NCBI GenBank assembly: GCA_964572485.1
Contig: CAZNGA010000004.1
Span: 3,196-67,195, forward strand
DNA: 64,000 nt
Reading direction: 5' to 3'
DNA from: an uncultured Chitinophagales bacterium
Lineage (GTDB): Bacteria; Bacteroidota; Bacteroidia; Chitinophagales; CAZNGA01
Under the pieces are notes generated by a model. The model had not been told where the DNA came from. It made no database searches and worked only from the letters and a program-made list of their open reading frames with translations. The stretch's first letter is position 1. The number at the start of each line of letters is the position of its first letter. This document shows positions 10,084-20,053 of the stretch, piece after piece. Both the position numbers and the translations under genes were made by a program.

Positions 10084-13000
10084 TCATTGATATTTCAGTA
10101 CCCTGACAATAGCTTTCAGCTCATTGTTAGAGATATCAATAAAATACACCCCCATCAATCCATCCATATTTAATTCAAAGTTATTAATCGATGAATAGGT
10201 TTTCTGCTGAATCAATTGGCCGGATATATCTGTGATCTTTACAGTTACATCTTCGTACATTGATCCTAATTCAACTAAAATATTACCTAATGTAGGATTA
10301 GGATATATTTTTAATCCCTCACCGAAAGTGTTCTCTATGATACCGGTGATCTCAATACTATAACAATCTGATGTATCCACGCAATCGTTTTCTGTTATCT
10401 CAACCGCATAATTCCCGGAAATCTTTGCTAAATAAATCTGCAGGGTAGCAACCGGAATGATGGCATATGAATTAGAGCAATCCAACCATTGATAATCTAC
10501 TGCCGTTGCATTTGATCGTAAAGTATCTCCTATTTGTGTTACCGAATTATCAACATGAATAACTGTAAGCGTTATGCTTAATAGACTATCACAACCTTTA
10601 TAGTTTGGAATTGTATCCTGATAAATCCCATTTACCGTATAAGTTTCATCGCCACTTGGAACGGTATAACTGTCACAAGTAATCTCAGATATTGATTCAC
10701 TGGAATTGTGATTGATGGTTACATCAATGGTTAGTAAACTGTCACATCCCCTATCATTCGGAATGGTATCCGGATAAATTCCACTTACCGTATAGGTCTC
10801 GTCACCACTTGGTACAGTATAGCTGTTACAAACTGTATCGGTGATAGATGCACTTGAATTTTGATTTACTGTCAGATTGATGGTGAGGACACTGTCACAG
10901 CCCTTAGCGCTCGGAATGGTATCGGGGTAGACACCGCTTATTGTATAGGTCTCATCACCACTAGGTACCGTATAACTGTTACAAACGGTGTCAGTAATTG
11001 ATTCGCTTGAATGTTGGTCTATGGTCAGATCAATAGTGAGCAAACTATCACAACCCTTGCTATTCGGAATGGTATCAGGGTATATTCCACTGACAAAATA
11101 GGTTTCATCGCCACTTGGAACTGTGTAGCTAATGCAAACTGCGTTTGTAATAGTGTCACTAGAATTGTGGTTTACAGTTAGATTGATGGTCAATAAACTG
11201 TCACAACCCTGACTATTTAGTACTGTATCCTGATAAACTCCGCTTAGCACATAGGTTTCATCGCCACTCGGTACAGTATAACTATTACAAACTGTATCAC
11301 CAATGGAATTGCTTGTACTATGCTTAACTGTCAAATTAATGGTCAATAGACTATCACAACCCTTACTGCTGGGGACCGTATCCGGATATATTCCACTTAT
11401 GGTATAGGTTTCATCACCACTTGGAACAGTATAGGAATCACAAACAGAATCAGTAATTGATCCGCTTGAGTTTTGCTTGATGGTCAAGTTAATGGTCAGC
11501 ACACTATCACACCCAGTACTATTGAGGATCGTATCAGGGTAGATCCCACTGATCATATGTGTTTCATCACCGCTCGGAACGGTATAACTATTACAGGCAG
11601 TATCGAAAATAGATGCACTTGAAGAAAAATTTACAGTCACATTGATGGTAAGGATACTATCACATCCGGTAGCATTCAGCACAGTGTCCTGGTAAATTCC
11701 ACTGATGAAATAGGTTTCATCACCGCTCGGAACAGTATAACTGTTACAATCCATATCTGAATAAGAATAACTTGAATCCTGATTGACTGTAAGATTAATG
11801 GTGAGGATGCTATCGCAACCTCTGGCAGTTGGGATGGTATCTTGGTAAATTCCGCTTATCGTATAAGTTTCATCGCCACTTGGAACGGTGTATGTGAGGC
11901 AAGCGGTATCCCAACTTGATACACTTGTATCATGATATACTGTCAGATTGATAGTTATCAAACTATCGCAACCTCTATTTGTTGGGATCGTATCCTGATA
12001 AATTCCAGTGGAAGTATAGGTCTCATTGCCACTTGGAACAGTATAGCTATCACAAACAGTATCTGTGATCGATACACTTGAATCGTGATATACCGTCAAA
12101 TTGATGGTAAGCAAACTATCACAACCCCTATAATTTGGAATGGTATCCGGGTAGATCCCACTTGCTGTATAGGTCTCATCACCACTTGGAACCGTATAGC
12201 TGTTGCATACTGTATCTGTAATTGTGTTGGAAGTTGTATAATAAATAGTCACGTTGATGGTAAGCAGGCTGTCACATCCATGGACACTCAAAATTGTATC
12301 CGGATAGATCCCACTGTTAAAATAAGTTTCATCACCGCTTGGAACTGTATAACTATCGCAAACAGTATCTATTACAGAAACACTTGAATCATAGTTGATG
12401 GTCACATTGATGGTAAGCAAACTGTCACACCCAATAGTATTGGGGATGGTATCCTGGTAAACTCCACTTACAGAATGAGTCTCATCACCGCTTGGCACGG
12501 TATAGCTACCACAAACTGTATCTGTTATAGAATCGCTTGTGCTTTGATATATAGTGACATTGATGGTGAGCAAACTATCACACCCCATAATATTCGGGAT
12601 CGTATCCGAATAGATCCCACTGACAAAATAAATTTCATCGCCACTTGGAACTGTATAACTATCACAAATAGAATCTGTAATAGAGTCCGTAGTGATCAGG
12701 TTAACAGTCAGATCCAGGATGAAGACGCTATCGCACCCATATATGGTGAGGAAAGAATCACTATACACTCCTGTTGCTGATCGATAAGTGCCACCAAATA
12801 AAATACTATCCCCCTGACATATTGCAGTATCGTTAACTGTAGTATCAAGGACACAAGGGATGTCTTCAATGACAATAATAATAGAATCTTTACATCCTGC
12901 CGAATCCGTAACTACAACTTTATAAGTTCCTCCAAACAAACTGTCTGCAGAAATGGAAGTTTGTTGTAAAGTATCATCCCATTGATAGGTAAATGGTGTT

Positions 13001-15702
13001 GCCGCACCCAGAGCAGTTATACTTCCATACCCATTATTATAATTTGCATTTGCTGCTTTAGTACTGTCTTCAAATAAGAACAAACAATTTTCAATCAAAC
13101 AATTATTGATGATCGCTACGCTATCTTTCCCGTTCAGTGTAATTATCAAATCATTATCACCATCATCTTCAATGTCTGCCACTGCAGAGGTGAAAGGATT
13201 GGTGTTCAATGGGTACTTCATCGTTGAATCAAAAACACCGGTACCATCACCAAGCATGATCAACAATGTGGAGTCATCCATATTAGAAATGACCAGGTCA
13301 AGATTTGAATCGCCATTCATATCTAGTGTGCTTATTCCCCTAGGACCATTACCCACCACATATTCAGTCCTTGCTGCAAAGGAGCCATCCCCATTATTGA
13401 TGAATACATATACCCTATCAGGTGAATTGCCAGAAACAGCAATGTCTGTTACGGTGTCATTATTAAAGTCTCCCAGGGTAGCTTCCATTGGATTTATGCC
13501 GGCAACATACAATACATCATTTGAAAAATAAGCGCCAAAATTTCCAAGCAATACTGAAATACTCGCCTGCAATTTATTGACCACAACCAAATCCAGAAGG
13601 GTATCGCTATTCAAATGGCCTGCCTCAATATCCATCGCATTACTGCCTACGGACTTACTACCGGAGGCACTAAAAACTGCACTACCATTATTTTTCACCA
13701 TTCTTACATCATCTCCCTGTTCTCTACAAATAAGAAGGTCAACATCTCCGTCATGGTCAAAGTCAAAACTGACCATATCCCAGGGTCGGGATCCGATCCA
13801 ATAGTCTACACCAGGTTGAAAGGTACCATCTCCATTTCCTAAATAGACCCTGATCCCATTCAACCCATCAGGCACAGTAACTACAATATCATTTATTGTG
13901 TCACCATTAAAATCATTGACCTCAATATTGGTAGGTTGATCTCCGCCGGTTCCCACCGTGAAGCTGGAATGGTATGTAAAAGAGCCATCACCATTCCCTA
14001 ATACAATATTCACTTTATCTGTTGAAAAGCCAACACTATTTAGAGTTGCAAAATCAATTATAGAGTCATTATTGATATAGCAAAAATCAACATCTCTGCC
14101 TCCAGCATTGCTGTAATGCCTTGTTTCATTGATACAAGGCAGCTCCAGAATCGTCATTGATCCCGTATCAATACAGCCAATAGAATCTGTAACAATAACC
14201 TGGTAGGTTCCTTTAACTAATGCTGAAGCAGTAGAATCCGTTTGCCCCAAGGAGTCATTCCATAAATAAGTATAAGGAGTAGTTCCATTAACTGGAGTTA
14301 CGATAGCTTCTCCGTCTGAGCCTCCAATAGCACTCACATCACTTTTTGTGAGAGAAAGACGTAAGCTACATGTTGGGTTATTGATCGTAACATCTGAAGT
14401 GACATTACACCCCAATGAATCGCTAACCGTAACCGTGTAAGTACCTGCAATAAGGCCTGTAGCTGTTGAGTCTGTCTGGCTTGCAGTATCACTCCACAAA
14501 TAAGTATATGGCCTTAATCCACCTGTTACTATAGCTGTTGCGGAACCATTATTTAAATCAACGACCGTTGCATCATTCTTGATAATTGTAATACTGGGAC
14601 ATACGCTGTTAAGGAATAAGTAAGTATTGCCTCCACCTAAACTATTTACATTGAGTATATCAATGTCAGAATCATTATCAATATCCCCTGATATAATACC
14701 ATAAGGTCTGTTTCCTGTAACCATAATAAAAGGACTTTGGAAGGAGCCATCTCCGTTTCCTAATAGGATGCTTATACTGTCCATATCATCGTGTGTGATC
14801 GCAAGATCTACCTTTGAATCCAAATTAAAATCTGCTGAGGTCACATCATATTGAATATAGTTTGCAAAATAATTTACAGTTGTTTGAAATATAGTTCCTG
14901 TATCCCCTAAAAGGATAGAAATACTATCATAAGTAAAAGAATTGCAGACAGCAATATCCAAAAGCGTATCACCATTGAAATAACCCAATGTTGCAAATTC
15001 CGGAAATTTGAGGACAGCAAAATCCACTTTTGCCTGGAAAGAACCATCACCGTTGCCTCTTAACACACTAATACTACTAGCATTCCGATTTATAGTGATC
15101 AGGTCGAGTTCACCATCCTGGTCAATAAGGCCCATTAATAAGCCATGCGGCCTATCGCCGGTAACATAATCTACTTTAGGAATAAATGTGCCGTCTCCTA
15201 CTCCAATAAAAATGGATATATTATCAGTTAGATCATTGGCAACAGCTAGATCCAATATCGTATCACTATTAAAAAGACCTGCAACGATTCCTTTTGGCCA
15301 GGTACCTGCTACATAATTAACAGCAGCATTAAAAGTACCGTCTCCTACTCCCATAAAAACTGAAATACTATCATCAAGTCTATTAGTTACTGCAAGGTCT
15401 ATGTTACTATCATTATTGAAATCTCCTGCTACGATATCAAAAGCCCCATCTCCAGCAGTATATAGCACCTCACTTGCAAAACTATCTGCTTCAACAGCTA
15501 ATAATATACTGATGTCATCACCCGTATTATTAGCGGTAGCAATATCAGTAAGGCCGTCATTATTAAAATCGGCTGTAACGAGCATGTGGGCATTAAATCC
15601 TCCATTAAATATCTTTGGCGGATCAAAACTCAGTGTTTGGCCAAAGAGCATTTGACTAAATAAGATAACTAGTGATAAGATTATGACTGTTCTCATTTTC
15701 AT
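10084..15702 (-). CDS. Giant T9SS-secreted repeat protein. Order: signal peptide, FG-GAP propeller, 2 SprB-type modules, FG-GAP propeller, 1 SprB-type module, 15 x 51-aa two-Cys repeats, small Cys-rich domain, type-A CTD
   Basis: Start moved to the ATG at 15700-15702 (MKMRTVIILSLVILFSQMLFGQ, a signal peptide). The first 34 codons of the track ORF look non-coding. FG-GAP/VCBS signatures (DFNNDG..D, GNGDGSF) are present. SprB-like PYTYLWSD...GTYTVTVSDSLGC is present. The CTD is LKIYPNPTLGNILVEL...GVYFIDIS. Confidence 0.8.
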   Translation of the reverse strand: MKMRTVIILSLVILFSQMLFGQTLSFDPPKIFNGGFNAHMLVTADFNNDGLTDIATANNTGDDISILLAVEADSFASEVLYTAGDGAFDIVAGDFNNDSNIDLAVTNRLDDSISVFMGVGDGTFNAAVNYVAGTWPKGIVAGLFNSDTILDLAVANDLTDNISIFIGVGDGTFIPKVDYVTGDRPHGLLMGLIDQDGELDLITINRNASSISVLRGNGDGSFQAKVDFAVLKFPEFATLGYFNGDTLLDIAVCNSFTYDSISILLGDTGTIFQTTVNYFANYIQYDVTSADFNLDSKVDLAITHDDMDSISILLGNGDGSFQSPFIMVTGNRPYGIISGDIDNDSDIDILNVNSLGGGNTYLFLNSVCPSITIIKNDATVVDLNNGSATAIVTGGLRPYTYLWSDTASQTDSTATGLIAGTYTVTVSDSLGCNVTSDVTINNPTCSLRLSLTKSDVSAIGGSDGEAIVTPVNGTTPYTYLWNDSLGQTDSTASALVKGTYQVIVTDSIGCIDTGSMTILELPCINETRHYSNAGGRDVDFCYINNDSIIDFATLNSVGFSTDKVNIVLGNGDGSFTYHSSFTVGTGGDQPTNIEVNDFNGDTINDIVVTVPDGLNGIRVYLGNGDGTFQPGVDYWIGSRPWDMVSFDFDHDGDVDLLICREQGDDVRMVKNNGSAVFSASGSKSVGSNAMDIEAGHLNSDTLLDLVVVNKLQASISVLLGNFGAYFSNDVLYVAGINPMEATLGDFNNDTVTDIAVSGNSPDRVYVFINNGDGSFAARTEYVVGNGPRGISTLDMNGDSNLDLVISNMDDSTLLIMLGDGTGVFDSTMKYPLNTNPFTSAVADIEDDGDNDLIITLNGKDSVAIINNCLIENCLFLFEDSTKAANANYNNGYGSITALGAATPFTYQWDDTLQQTSISADSLFGGTYKVVVTDSAGCKDSIIIVIEDIPCVLDTTVNDTAICQGDSILFGGTYRSATGVYSDSFLTIYGCDSVFILDLTVNLITTDSITDSICDSYTVPSGDEIYFVSGIYSDTIPNIMGCDSLLTINVTIYQSTSDSITDTVCGSYTVPSGDETHSVSGVYQDTIPNTIGCDSLLTINVTINYDSSVSVIDTVCDSYTVPSGDETYFNSGIYPDTILSVHGCDSLLTINVTIYYTTSNTITDTVCNSYTVPSGDETYTASGIYPDTIPNYRGCDSLLTINLTVYHDSSVSITDTVCDSYTVPSGNETYTSTGIYQDTIPTNRGCDSLITINLTVYHDTSVSSWDTACLTYTVPSGDETYTISGIYQDTIPTARGCDSILTINLTVNQDSSYSYSDMDCNSYTVPSGDETYFISGIYQDTVLNATGCDSILTINVTVNFSSSASIFDTACNSYTVPSGDETHMISGIYPDTILNSTGCDSVLTINLTIKQNSSGSITDSVCDSYTVPSGDETYTISGIYPDTVPSSKGCDSLLTINLTVKHSTSNSIGDTVCNSYTVPSGDETYVLSGVYQDTVLNSQGCDSLLTINLTVNHNSSDTITNAVCISYTVPSGDETYFVSGIYPDTIPNSKGCDSLLTIDLTIDQHSSESITDTVCNSYTVPSGDETYTISGVYPDTIPSAKGCDSVLTINLTVNQNSSASITDTVCNSYTVPSGDETYTVSGIYPDTIPNDRGCDSLLTIDVTINHNSSESISEITCDSYTVPSGDETYTVNGIYQDTIPNYKGCDSLLSITLTVIHVDNSVTQIGDTLRSNATAVDYQWLDCSNSYAIIPVATLQIYLAKISGNYAVEITENDCVDTSDCYSIEITGIIENTFGEGLKIYPNPTLGNILVELGSMYEDVTVKITDISGQLIQQKTYSSINNFELNMDGLMGVYFIDISNNELKAIVRVLKYQ
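10561..12819 (-). repeat. In-frame tandem array: 14 full units of 153 nt (51 aa) plus one truncated 39-aa unit
   Basis: Every unit reads C-x-S-Y-T-V-P-S-G-D-E-T-Y-x2-S-G-I/V-Y-x-D-T-I/V-x4-G-C-D-S-L/I/V-L-T-I-N-L/V-T-V/I-x3-S-S-x-S-I-x-D-x-V. I counted unit length residue by residue as 51 for units 1-14. Nucleotide copies are diverged, not identical. Confidence 0.9.
13102..14136 (-). repeat. Second FG-GAP/VCBS repeat region (7 blades by my count)
   Basis: Seven units of roughly D-F/x-N/D-x-D-x2-x-D-[LIV]...G-N/D-G-D-G-S/T-F...Y..G..P, about 48-50 aa each. Confidence 0.7.
14602..15615 (-). repeat. First FG-GAP/VCBS repeat region (7 blades by my count)
   Basis: Seven units, for example DFNNDGLTDIATAN..., GDFNNDSNIDLAVTN...GVGDGTF, DFNLDSKVDLAITH...GNGDGSF. 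Confidence 0.7.
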
Positions 15703-15892
15703 AACGGTTAGTATTCGGATACTAAGTTCTAAGAAATAATCCCTACAAGCAATTGAACAATTATTCAAGGTATGACACCTTACTGTAAAAGTACGATATT
15801 TCATACTGAGGTTTCATAAATACTTGATTTCTTTGCCTTGAAATTTGCTGACAATATTTTCTTTATACTTCCCTTATTTACTATATTTACGC

Positions 15893-15910
15893 CCTTAATT
15901 TGAATTAAGG
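15893..15910. promoter_or_regulatory. Inverted repeat CCTTAATT-TG-AATTAAGG in the divergent region between the giant gene and ppdK
   Basis: Read directly; 8-bp perfect arms. Function unknown (operator or small hairpin). Confidence 0.25.
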
Positions 15911-16078
15911 TGAGGGGTAACAATTTTTTTACCAATTTATATTATATGTTATTCCAGATGATGTTGCTGTTTTTTTCAGATAGGTACCAACTTCTTACTT
16001 CTAAAAACCAATTTTTTGAAGGCGGGAAAATAACAGCCGGTACATCCTTCCGATTAAATTTCCGAAATAAAATATAAG

Positions 16079-18832
16079 ATGATGGAAAAGACGATCACAA
16101 AAGAAAAGCTTGTCTACACTTTTGGAGACAAAAAAGCTGAAGGGTCAGCAAAAATGAAAAACCTGCTTGGTGGTAAAGGAGCAAATCTTGCTGAGATGAA
16201 CTTACTTGGCGTACCTGTTCCTCCCGGTTTTGTTATTACCACAGAAGTATGTGAAAAATATTTTCAACTGGGTCATGATAAGACCATTGAAATATTGAAA
16301 AAGGAAGTGCAGGAAGGGATCAAGCATGTAGAGCAGATCATGAAAACGAAATTCAATGATCATGATAATCCTTGTCTTATATCTGTCCGTTCAGGAGCAA
16401 GAGTATCTATGCCGGGTATGATGGACACGGTGTTAAACTTGGGATTGAATGATGAAACCGTTGCCGGAATAGCAAAAAAGACCAATGACGAACGCTTCGC
16501 CTGGGATTCTTATAGGAGATTGATCCAAATGTATGGGGATGTGGTCATGGAATTAAAGCCCATATTGAAGGATGATATTGATCCATTTGAGGAACTTATC
16601 CAAAAAACCAAAGAAGATAAAGGGATTGAGAACGATACAGACCTAACCGCTGAAGATCTGAAAGAGATGGTCGCAAAATTCAAGAAACTCATCATTGACA
16701 AAACGTCCAAAGAATTTCCAACAGATCCATGGGAGCAATTATGGGGTGCTATTTCAGCAGTTTTTGACAGTTGGAATACGGATAGAGCGATCTATTACCG
16801 AAAGATCAACGACATTCCAAAAGAATGGGGAACAGCCGTAGTTGTTCAAGGAATGGTCTTTGGCAACATGGGGGACAGCTCTGCTACCGGAGTGGCCTTT
16901 ACCAGAGATGCCGGAAATGGCAAAAATTACTTTAACGGAGAATTTCTGGTGAATGCACAGGGCGAAGATGTAGTAGCCGGCACCCGTACTCCTCTTCAGA
17001 TCACAAAAAGAGGGTCAACAGAATGGGCCGAGTTTGCCAACATCAGTGAAAATGAACGATTGGAGAATTTTAAATCCCTGGAGGAATTGATGCCTGCAAT
17101 ATATAAAGAGCTTTATGATACCCAGAAAAAATTGGAAAAGAATTATGCAGATATGCAGGACCTGGAGTTTACCATTCAAGAGGGCAAATTATGGTTGTTG
17201 CAAACAAGAAACGGCAAACGTACCGGAAGTGCCATGGTAAAAATAGGCATGGATCTGTTACAGGACAAATCTATTGATGATAAGACTGCCATACTTAGGA
17301 TGGAGCCTAACAAATTAGATGAACTGTTGCATCCCATTTTTGATACGGCAGCATTAAAAGAGGCCACCGTCCTCTCCAAAGGACTCCCTGCATCTCCGGG
17401 AGCTGCATGTGGACAAATCGTATTCTTTGCAGATGATGCGGAGAATTGGGCTAAAGATGAAAAGGCTGTTATCCTGGTAAGAAAAGAAACATCTCCTGAA
17501 GACCTGGCAGGGATGGATGCTGCAAAAGGGATCCTTACTTCCCATGGCGGCATGACCTCTCATGCAGCAGTGATCGCCCGTGCAATGGGCAAGACATGTA
17601 TTTCAGGCGCCGGAAGTTTAGAGATCAGTTACAAAAAAAGAGCTATTACCATGGGTGATAAGGTCTACAAAGAAGGAGATTGGGTCTCGTTGAACGGGAC
17701 AACAGGTATCATCTATGAAGGTAAAGTGGAAACTATACTCCCTGACCTAAGCGATGATTTTGTGCAGTTAATGAAAATATCTAACAAGTACGAGAACATG
17801 GGTGTCAGGGCAAATGCAGATACTCCTGAGGAAGCGCAAATTGCTCGTGATTTTGGTGCTAAAGGCATTGGCCTTTGCCGGACAGAACATATGTTCTTCC
17901 TGGAAAGCCGGATCCTGGCCATGCGCGAAATGATCCTTGCGGAAGATGAAAAAGGGAGAAGAAAGGCGCTCAAGAAATTACTCCCCATGCAAAGAGGGGA
18001 TTTTGAAGGTATCTTCGAGGCGATGCAAGATCTTCCTGTAACCGTGAGATTATTGGATCCACCTTTACATGAATTTTTACCTCACGGAAGGTTCAATATT
18101 GAAAAATTAGCTAAAGACATTGGCATCTCATCACAGGATGTAAACCAGAAGATCAATAGTTTACATGAAACAAATCCTATGTTGGGTCATAGAGGATGCA
18201 GGTTGAGCATCACCTATCCTGAGATCACCGAAATGCAAACCATAGCTATCATTGAAGCAGCGCTCAACTTAAAGGCAAAGGGCATTAATGTACATCCTGA
18301 AATAATGATCCCCCTTACAAGTTCTCAGCAGGAGATGAAGCATCAGTGGGGTATTGTTAAAGAAACTGCTGACAAGATCTTTGAAGAAAGAAAAGACAAG
18401 ATAAAATATCTTGTTGGCACTATGATCGAAATTCCAAGAGCTGCCCTTACAGCAGATAAAATTGCAGAATACTCTGATTTCTTCTCCTTCGGGACCAATG
18501 ACCTTACCCAGATGACCTTTGGTTATTCAAGGGATGATGCCGGAAAATTTCTAAAGGTATATCTCGAGCAAGGCATTTTACGTCGTGATCCATTTGAAAA
18601 ATTGGACCAGAGAGGTGTTGGTCAATTGGTGGAAATGGGCACTTTAAAGGGACGGTCTGTAAAACCCAATTTAAAAGTTGGTATCTGTGGCGAGCATGGT
18701 GGAGAACCAAGATCCATTGAGTTCTTTAACAGAATAGGACTGGATTATGTGAGCTGTTCTCCATACAGAGTACCGATTGCTCGTTTAGCATGTGCACAGG
18801 CAGCAATAAGGGAGTCTATTAAAATGAGTTGA
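16079..18832 (+). CDS. ppdK: Pyruvate, phosphate dikinase
   Basis: 917 aa. N-terminal LLGGKGANLAEM, the phospho-His region TSHGGMTSHAAVIARAMGK, and the PEP-utilising C-terminal GLCRTEHMF and FFSFGTNDLTQMT. Confidence 0.95.
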   Translation: MMEKTITKEKLVYTFGDKKAEGSAKMKNLLGGKGANLAEMNLLGVPVPPGFVITTEVCEKYFQLGHDKTIEILKKEVQEGIKHVEQIMKTKFNDHDNPCLISVRSGARVSMPGMMDTVLNLGLNDETVAGIAKKTNDERFAWDSYRRLIQMYGDVVMELKPILKDDIDPFEELIQKTKEDKGIENDTDLTAEDLKEMVAKFKKLIIDKTSKEFPTDPWEQLWGAISAVFDSWNTDRAIYYRKINDIPKEWGTAVVVQGMVFGNMGDSSATGVAFTRDAGNGKNYFNGEFLVNAQGEDVVAGTRTPLQITKRGSTEWAEFANISENERLENFKSLEELMPAIYKELYDTQKKLEKNYADMQDLEFTIQEGKLWLLQTRNGKRTGSAMVKIGMDLLQDKSIDDKTAILRMEPNKLDELLHPIFDTAALKEATVLSKGLPASPGAACGQIVFFADDAENWAKDEKAVILVRKETSPEDLAGMDAAKGILTSHGGMTSHAAVIARAMGKTCISGAGSLEISYKKRAITMGDKVYKEGDWVSLNGTTGIIYEGKVETILPDLSDDFVQLMKISNKYENMGVRANADTPEEAQIARDFGAKGIGLCRTEHMFFLESRILAMREMILAEDEKGRRKALKKLLPMQRGDFEGIFEAMQDLPVTVRLLDPPLHEFLPHGRFNIEKLAKDIGISSQDVNQKINSLHETNPMLGHRGCRLSITYPEITEMQTIAIIEAALNLKAKGINVHPEIMIPLTSSQQEMKHQWGIVKETADKIFEERKDKIKYLVGTMIEIPRAALTADKIAEYSDFFSFGTNDLTQMTFGYSRDDAGKFLKVYLEQGILRRDPFEKLDQRGVGQLVEMGTLKGRSVKPNLKVGICGEHGGEPRSIEFFNRIGLDYVSCSPYRVPIARLACAQAAIRESIKMS

Positions 18833-19591
18833 TCAGAATACCTTTAATCCGTTGGAATAAGTTTTATAATTCACCTTGAGTGGTGACTTAATGATGAACA
18901 ACTTGCTATTACCGGTTGATTTGATCTCCACTTCGCTTTGTTCCTGAGTAATAGAAAATCCTCCTTCTTCAATAGGATTACCATCTATCTCTAAGGTACC
19001 TGAAAGCAAATAGGAAGAATATATATCCTCAGTATTAAGTGGCAATACATATGTCCCTTGATCGAATGTCATCTCCCAAATAGCAATGTTCTCTGTGTCC
19101 AACTGCATCGGCGCCTCGATGCCCGCATATCTTTTCGATACAATGCCATCCTCTTCTACAAGAGGGAAATCTTCAGCAGGATAATCATTGTATGTGGCAG
19201 GTTGGGACAATGTTCTTGTCAGATCGGGGTCCAACCATATTTGAAAGATGGCAGAGTCCTTCAATATCTTCTCTGAATGTGAAATGCCGCTGCCTGACCT
19301 TATTATTTGTGCACTCCCCTCTTTCAATTCATTCCAGGATGATGAGCCGGAATCGTAGTGCTCAATTGCACCTTTCAGAATAATAGAAACAATTTCAAAA
19401 CCTTTATGGGGATGGAGTTCAATAACACTCTCTTCACTTGGTGTCCATGCATGAGCCCAATAGAACAAATTGGAATAAGGTTCCAATCGCCCCCCATCCC
19501 GGGGAAAGCCAATGGGCTTATTTTCCAGAATGGCGCCATTATTAAAATTACCTGTAGCTTGATCTTCTTTTTTGAATACTTGTATTGACAT
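18833..19591 (-). CDS. Pirin-family cupin protein
   Basis: HPHKGFEIVSIILKGAIEHYDS...RSGSGISHSE matches the pirin metal-binding motif (HPHRGFETVTY..G..EH.DS...AG.G..HSE). Confidence 0.85.
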   Translation of the reverse strand: MSIQVFKKEDQATGNFNNGAILENKPIGFPRDGGRLEPYSNLFYWAHAWTPSEESVIELHPHKGFEIVSIILKGAIEHYDSGSSSWNELKEGSAQIIRSGSGISHSEKILKDSAIFQIWLDPDLTRTLSQPATYNDYPAEDFPLVEEDGIVSKRYAGIEAPMQLDTENIAIWEMTFDQGTYVLPLNTEDIYSSYLLSGTLEIDGNPIEEGGFSITQEQSEVEIKSTGNSKLFIIKSPLKVNYKTYSNGLKVF

Positions 19592-20038
19592 TTATTTGGA
19601 TTTTTGTTGTTGCAATTCCCCACTGATAAGGATATGTACGTCTGAATATTTGAAATTATTAATTTTCCTTCCTGTGAAATGTCTGCTGATCTTCTTCTGA
19701 AGATCTGCATCAAAATAATCAACGATCTGATCCGTCCTGGTACAAACCAAATGAGCGTGCGGCTCAATTCTCACATCGTATCTCATTTTACCATTACTCG
19801 TCTTTATTCTCTCTATCAATTTCTTCTCAGCAAATATTTCCAATGTATTGTACACAGTGCTCAAAGAAATACTAGGGTATTTCTTTTCAATAGCAGCATG
19901 GATATCCTCAACATTTGGGTGGTCAGAACTTAACAGCGCTTCATATATTGCAATTCGCTGTGGCGTACATTTCAAACTCACTTGAGCCACTTTTTCCTTA
20001 ATCTCAGCAATGGAGTAACTATATACAAGATCTTTCAT
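19592..20038 (-). CDS. fur: Fur-family (Fur/PerR-like) transcriptional regulator
   Basis: TPQRIAIYEALLSSDHPNVEDIHAAIEKKYPSISLSTVYNTLEIFAEKKLI is a winged-helix Fur DNA-binding domain. Its stop codon directly abuts the pirin ATG (TAA-ATG). Confidence 0.8.
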   Translation of the reverse strand: MKDLVYSYSIAEIKEKVAQVSLKCTPQRIAIYEALLSSDHPNVEDIHAAIEKKYPSISLSTVYNTLEIFAEKKLIERIKTSNGKMRYDVRIEPHAHLVCTRTDQIVDYFDADLQKKISRHFTGRKINNFKYSDVHILISGELQQQKSK

Positions 20039-20053
20039 AATAATATTATTACT

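Noticed and set aside
10561-12819. Possibility that the regular 153-nt periodicity (and the 225-nt periodicity at 36-44 kb) is a CRISPR array or a non-coding satellite
   Set aside because: The units are contiguous with no unique spacers. They keep a single open reading frame and are conserved at the amino-acid rather than the nucleotide level. No cas genes are present in the window.
12085-15655. Plus-strand ORFs of 75-141 aa inside the FG-GAP/51-aa-repeat gene
   Set aside because: Same reasoning. They are antisense shadows of a repetitive coding frame, and they lack motifs, signal sequences or plausible starts.
15703-15804. The 34-codon N-terminal extension of the giant FG-GAP gene given by the ORF track. 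Similar extensions occur at 9916-10002, 25133-25144 and 52248-52271.
   Set aside because: The extensions precede obvious signal peptides or conserved N-termini, and in three cases they run through exact -7 promoter boxes or an operator. Downstream starts were adopted.
15958-16077. 39-codon upstream ORF (MMLLFFSDRYQLLTSKNQFFEGGKITAGTSFRLNFRNKI) ending 1 nt before the ppdK ATG
   Set aside because: It is below the length at which an open frame is surprising in this sequence. It has no leader-peptide-like codon runs and no attenuator structure. It is kept only as a note; ribosome profiling would settle it.
19375-19767. 130-aa minus-strand ORF bridging the fur/pirin junction in another frame
   Set aside because: It overlaps two genes that both carry clear family motifs in their own frames. 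It has no motif of its own.
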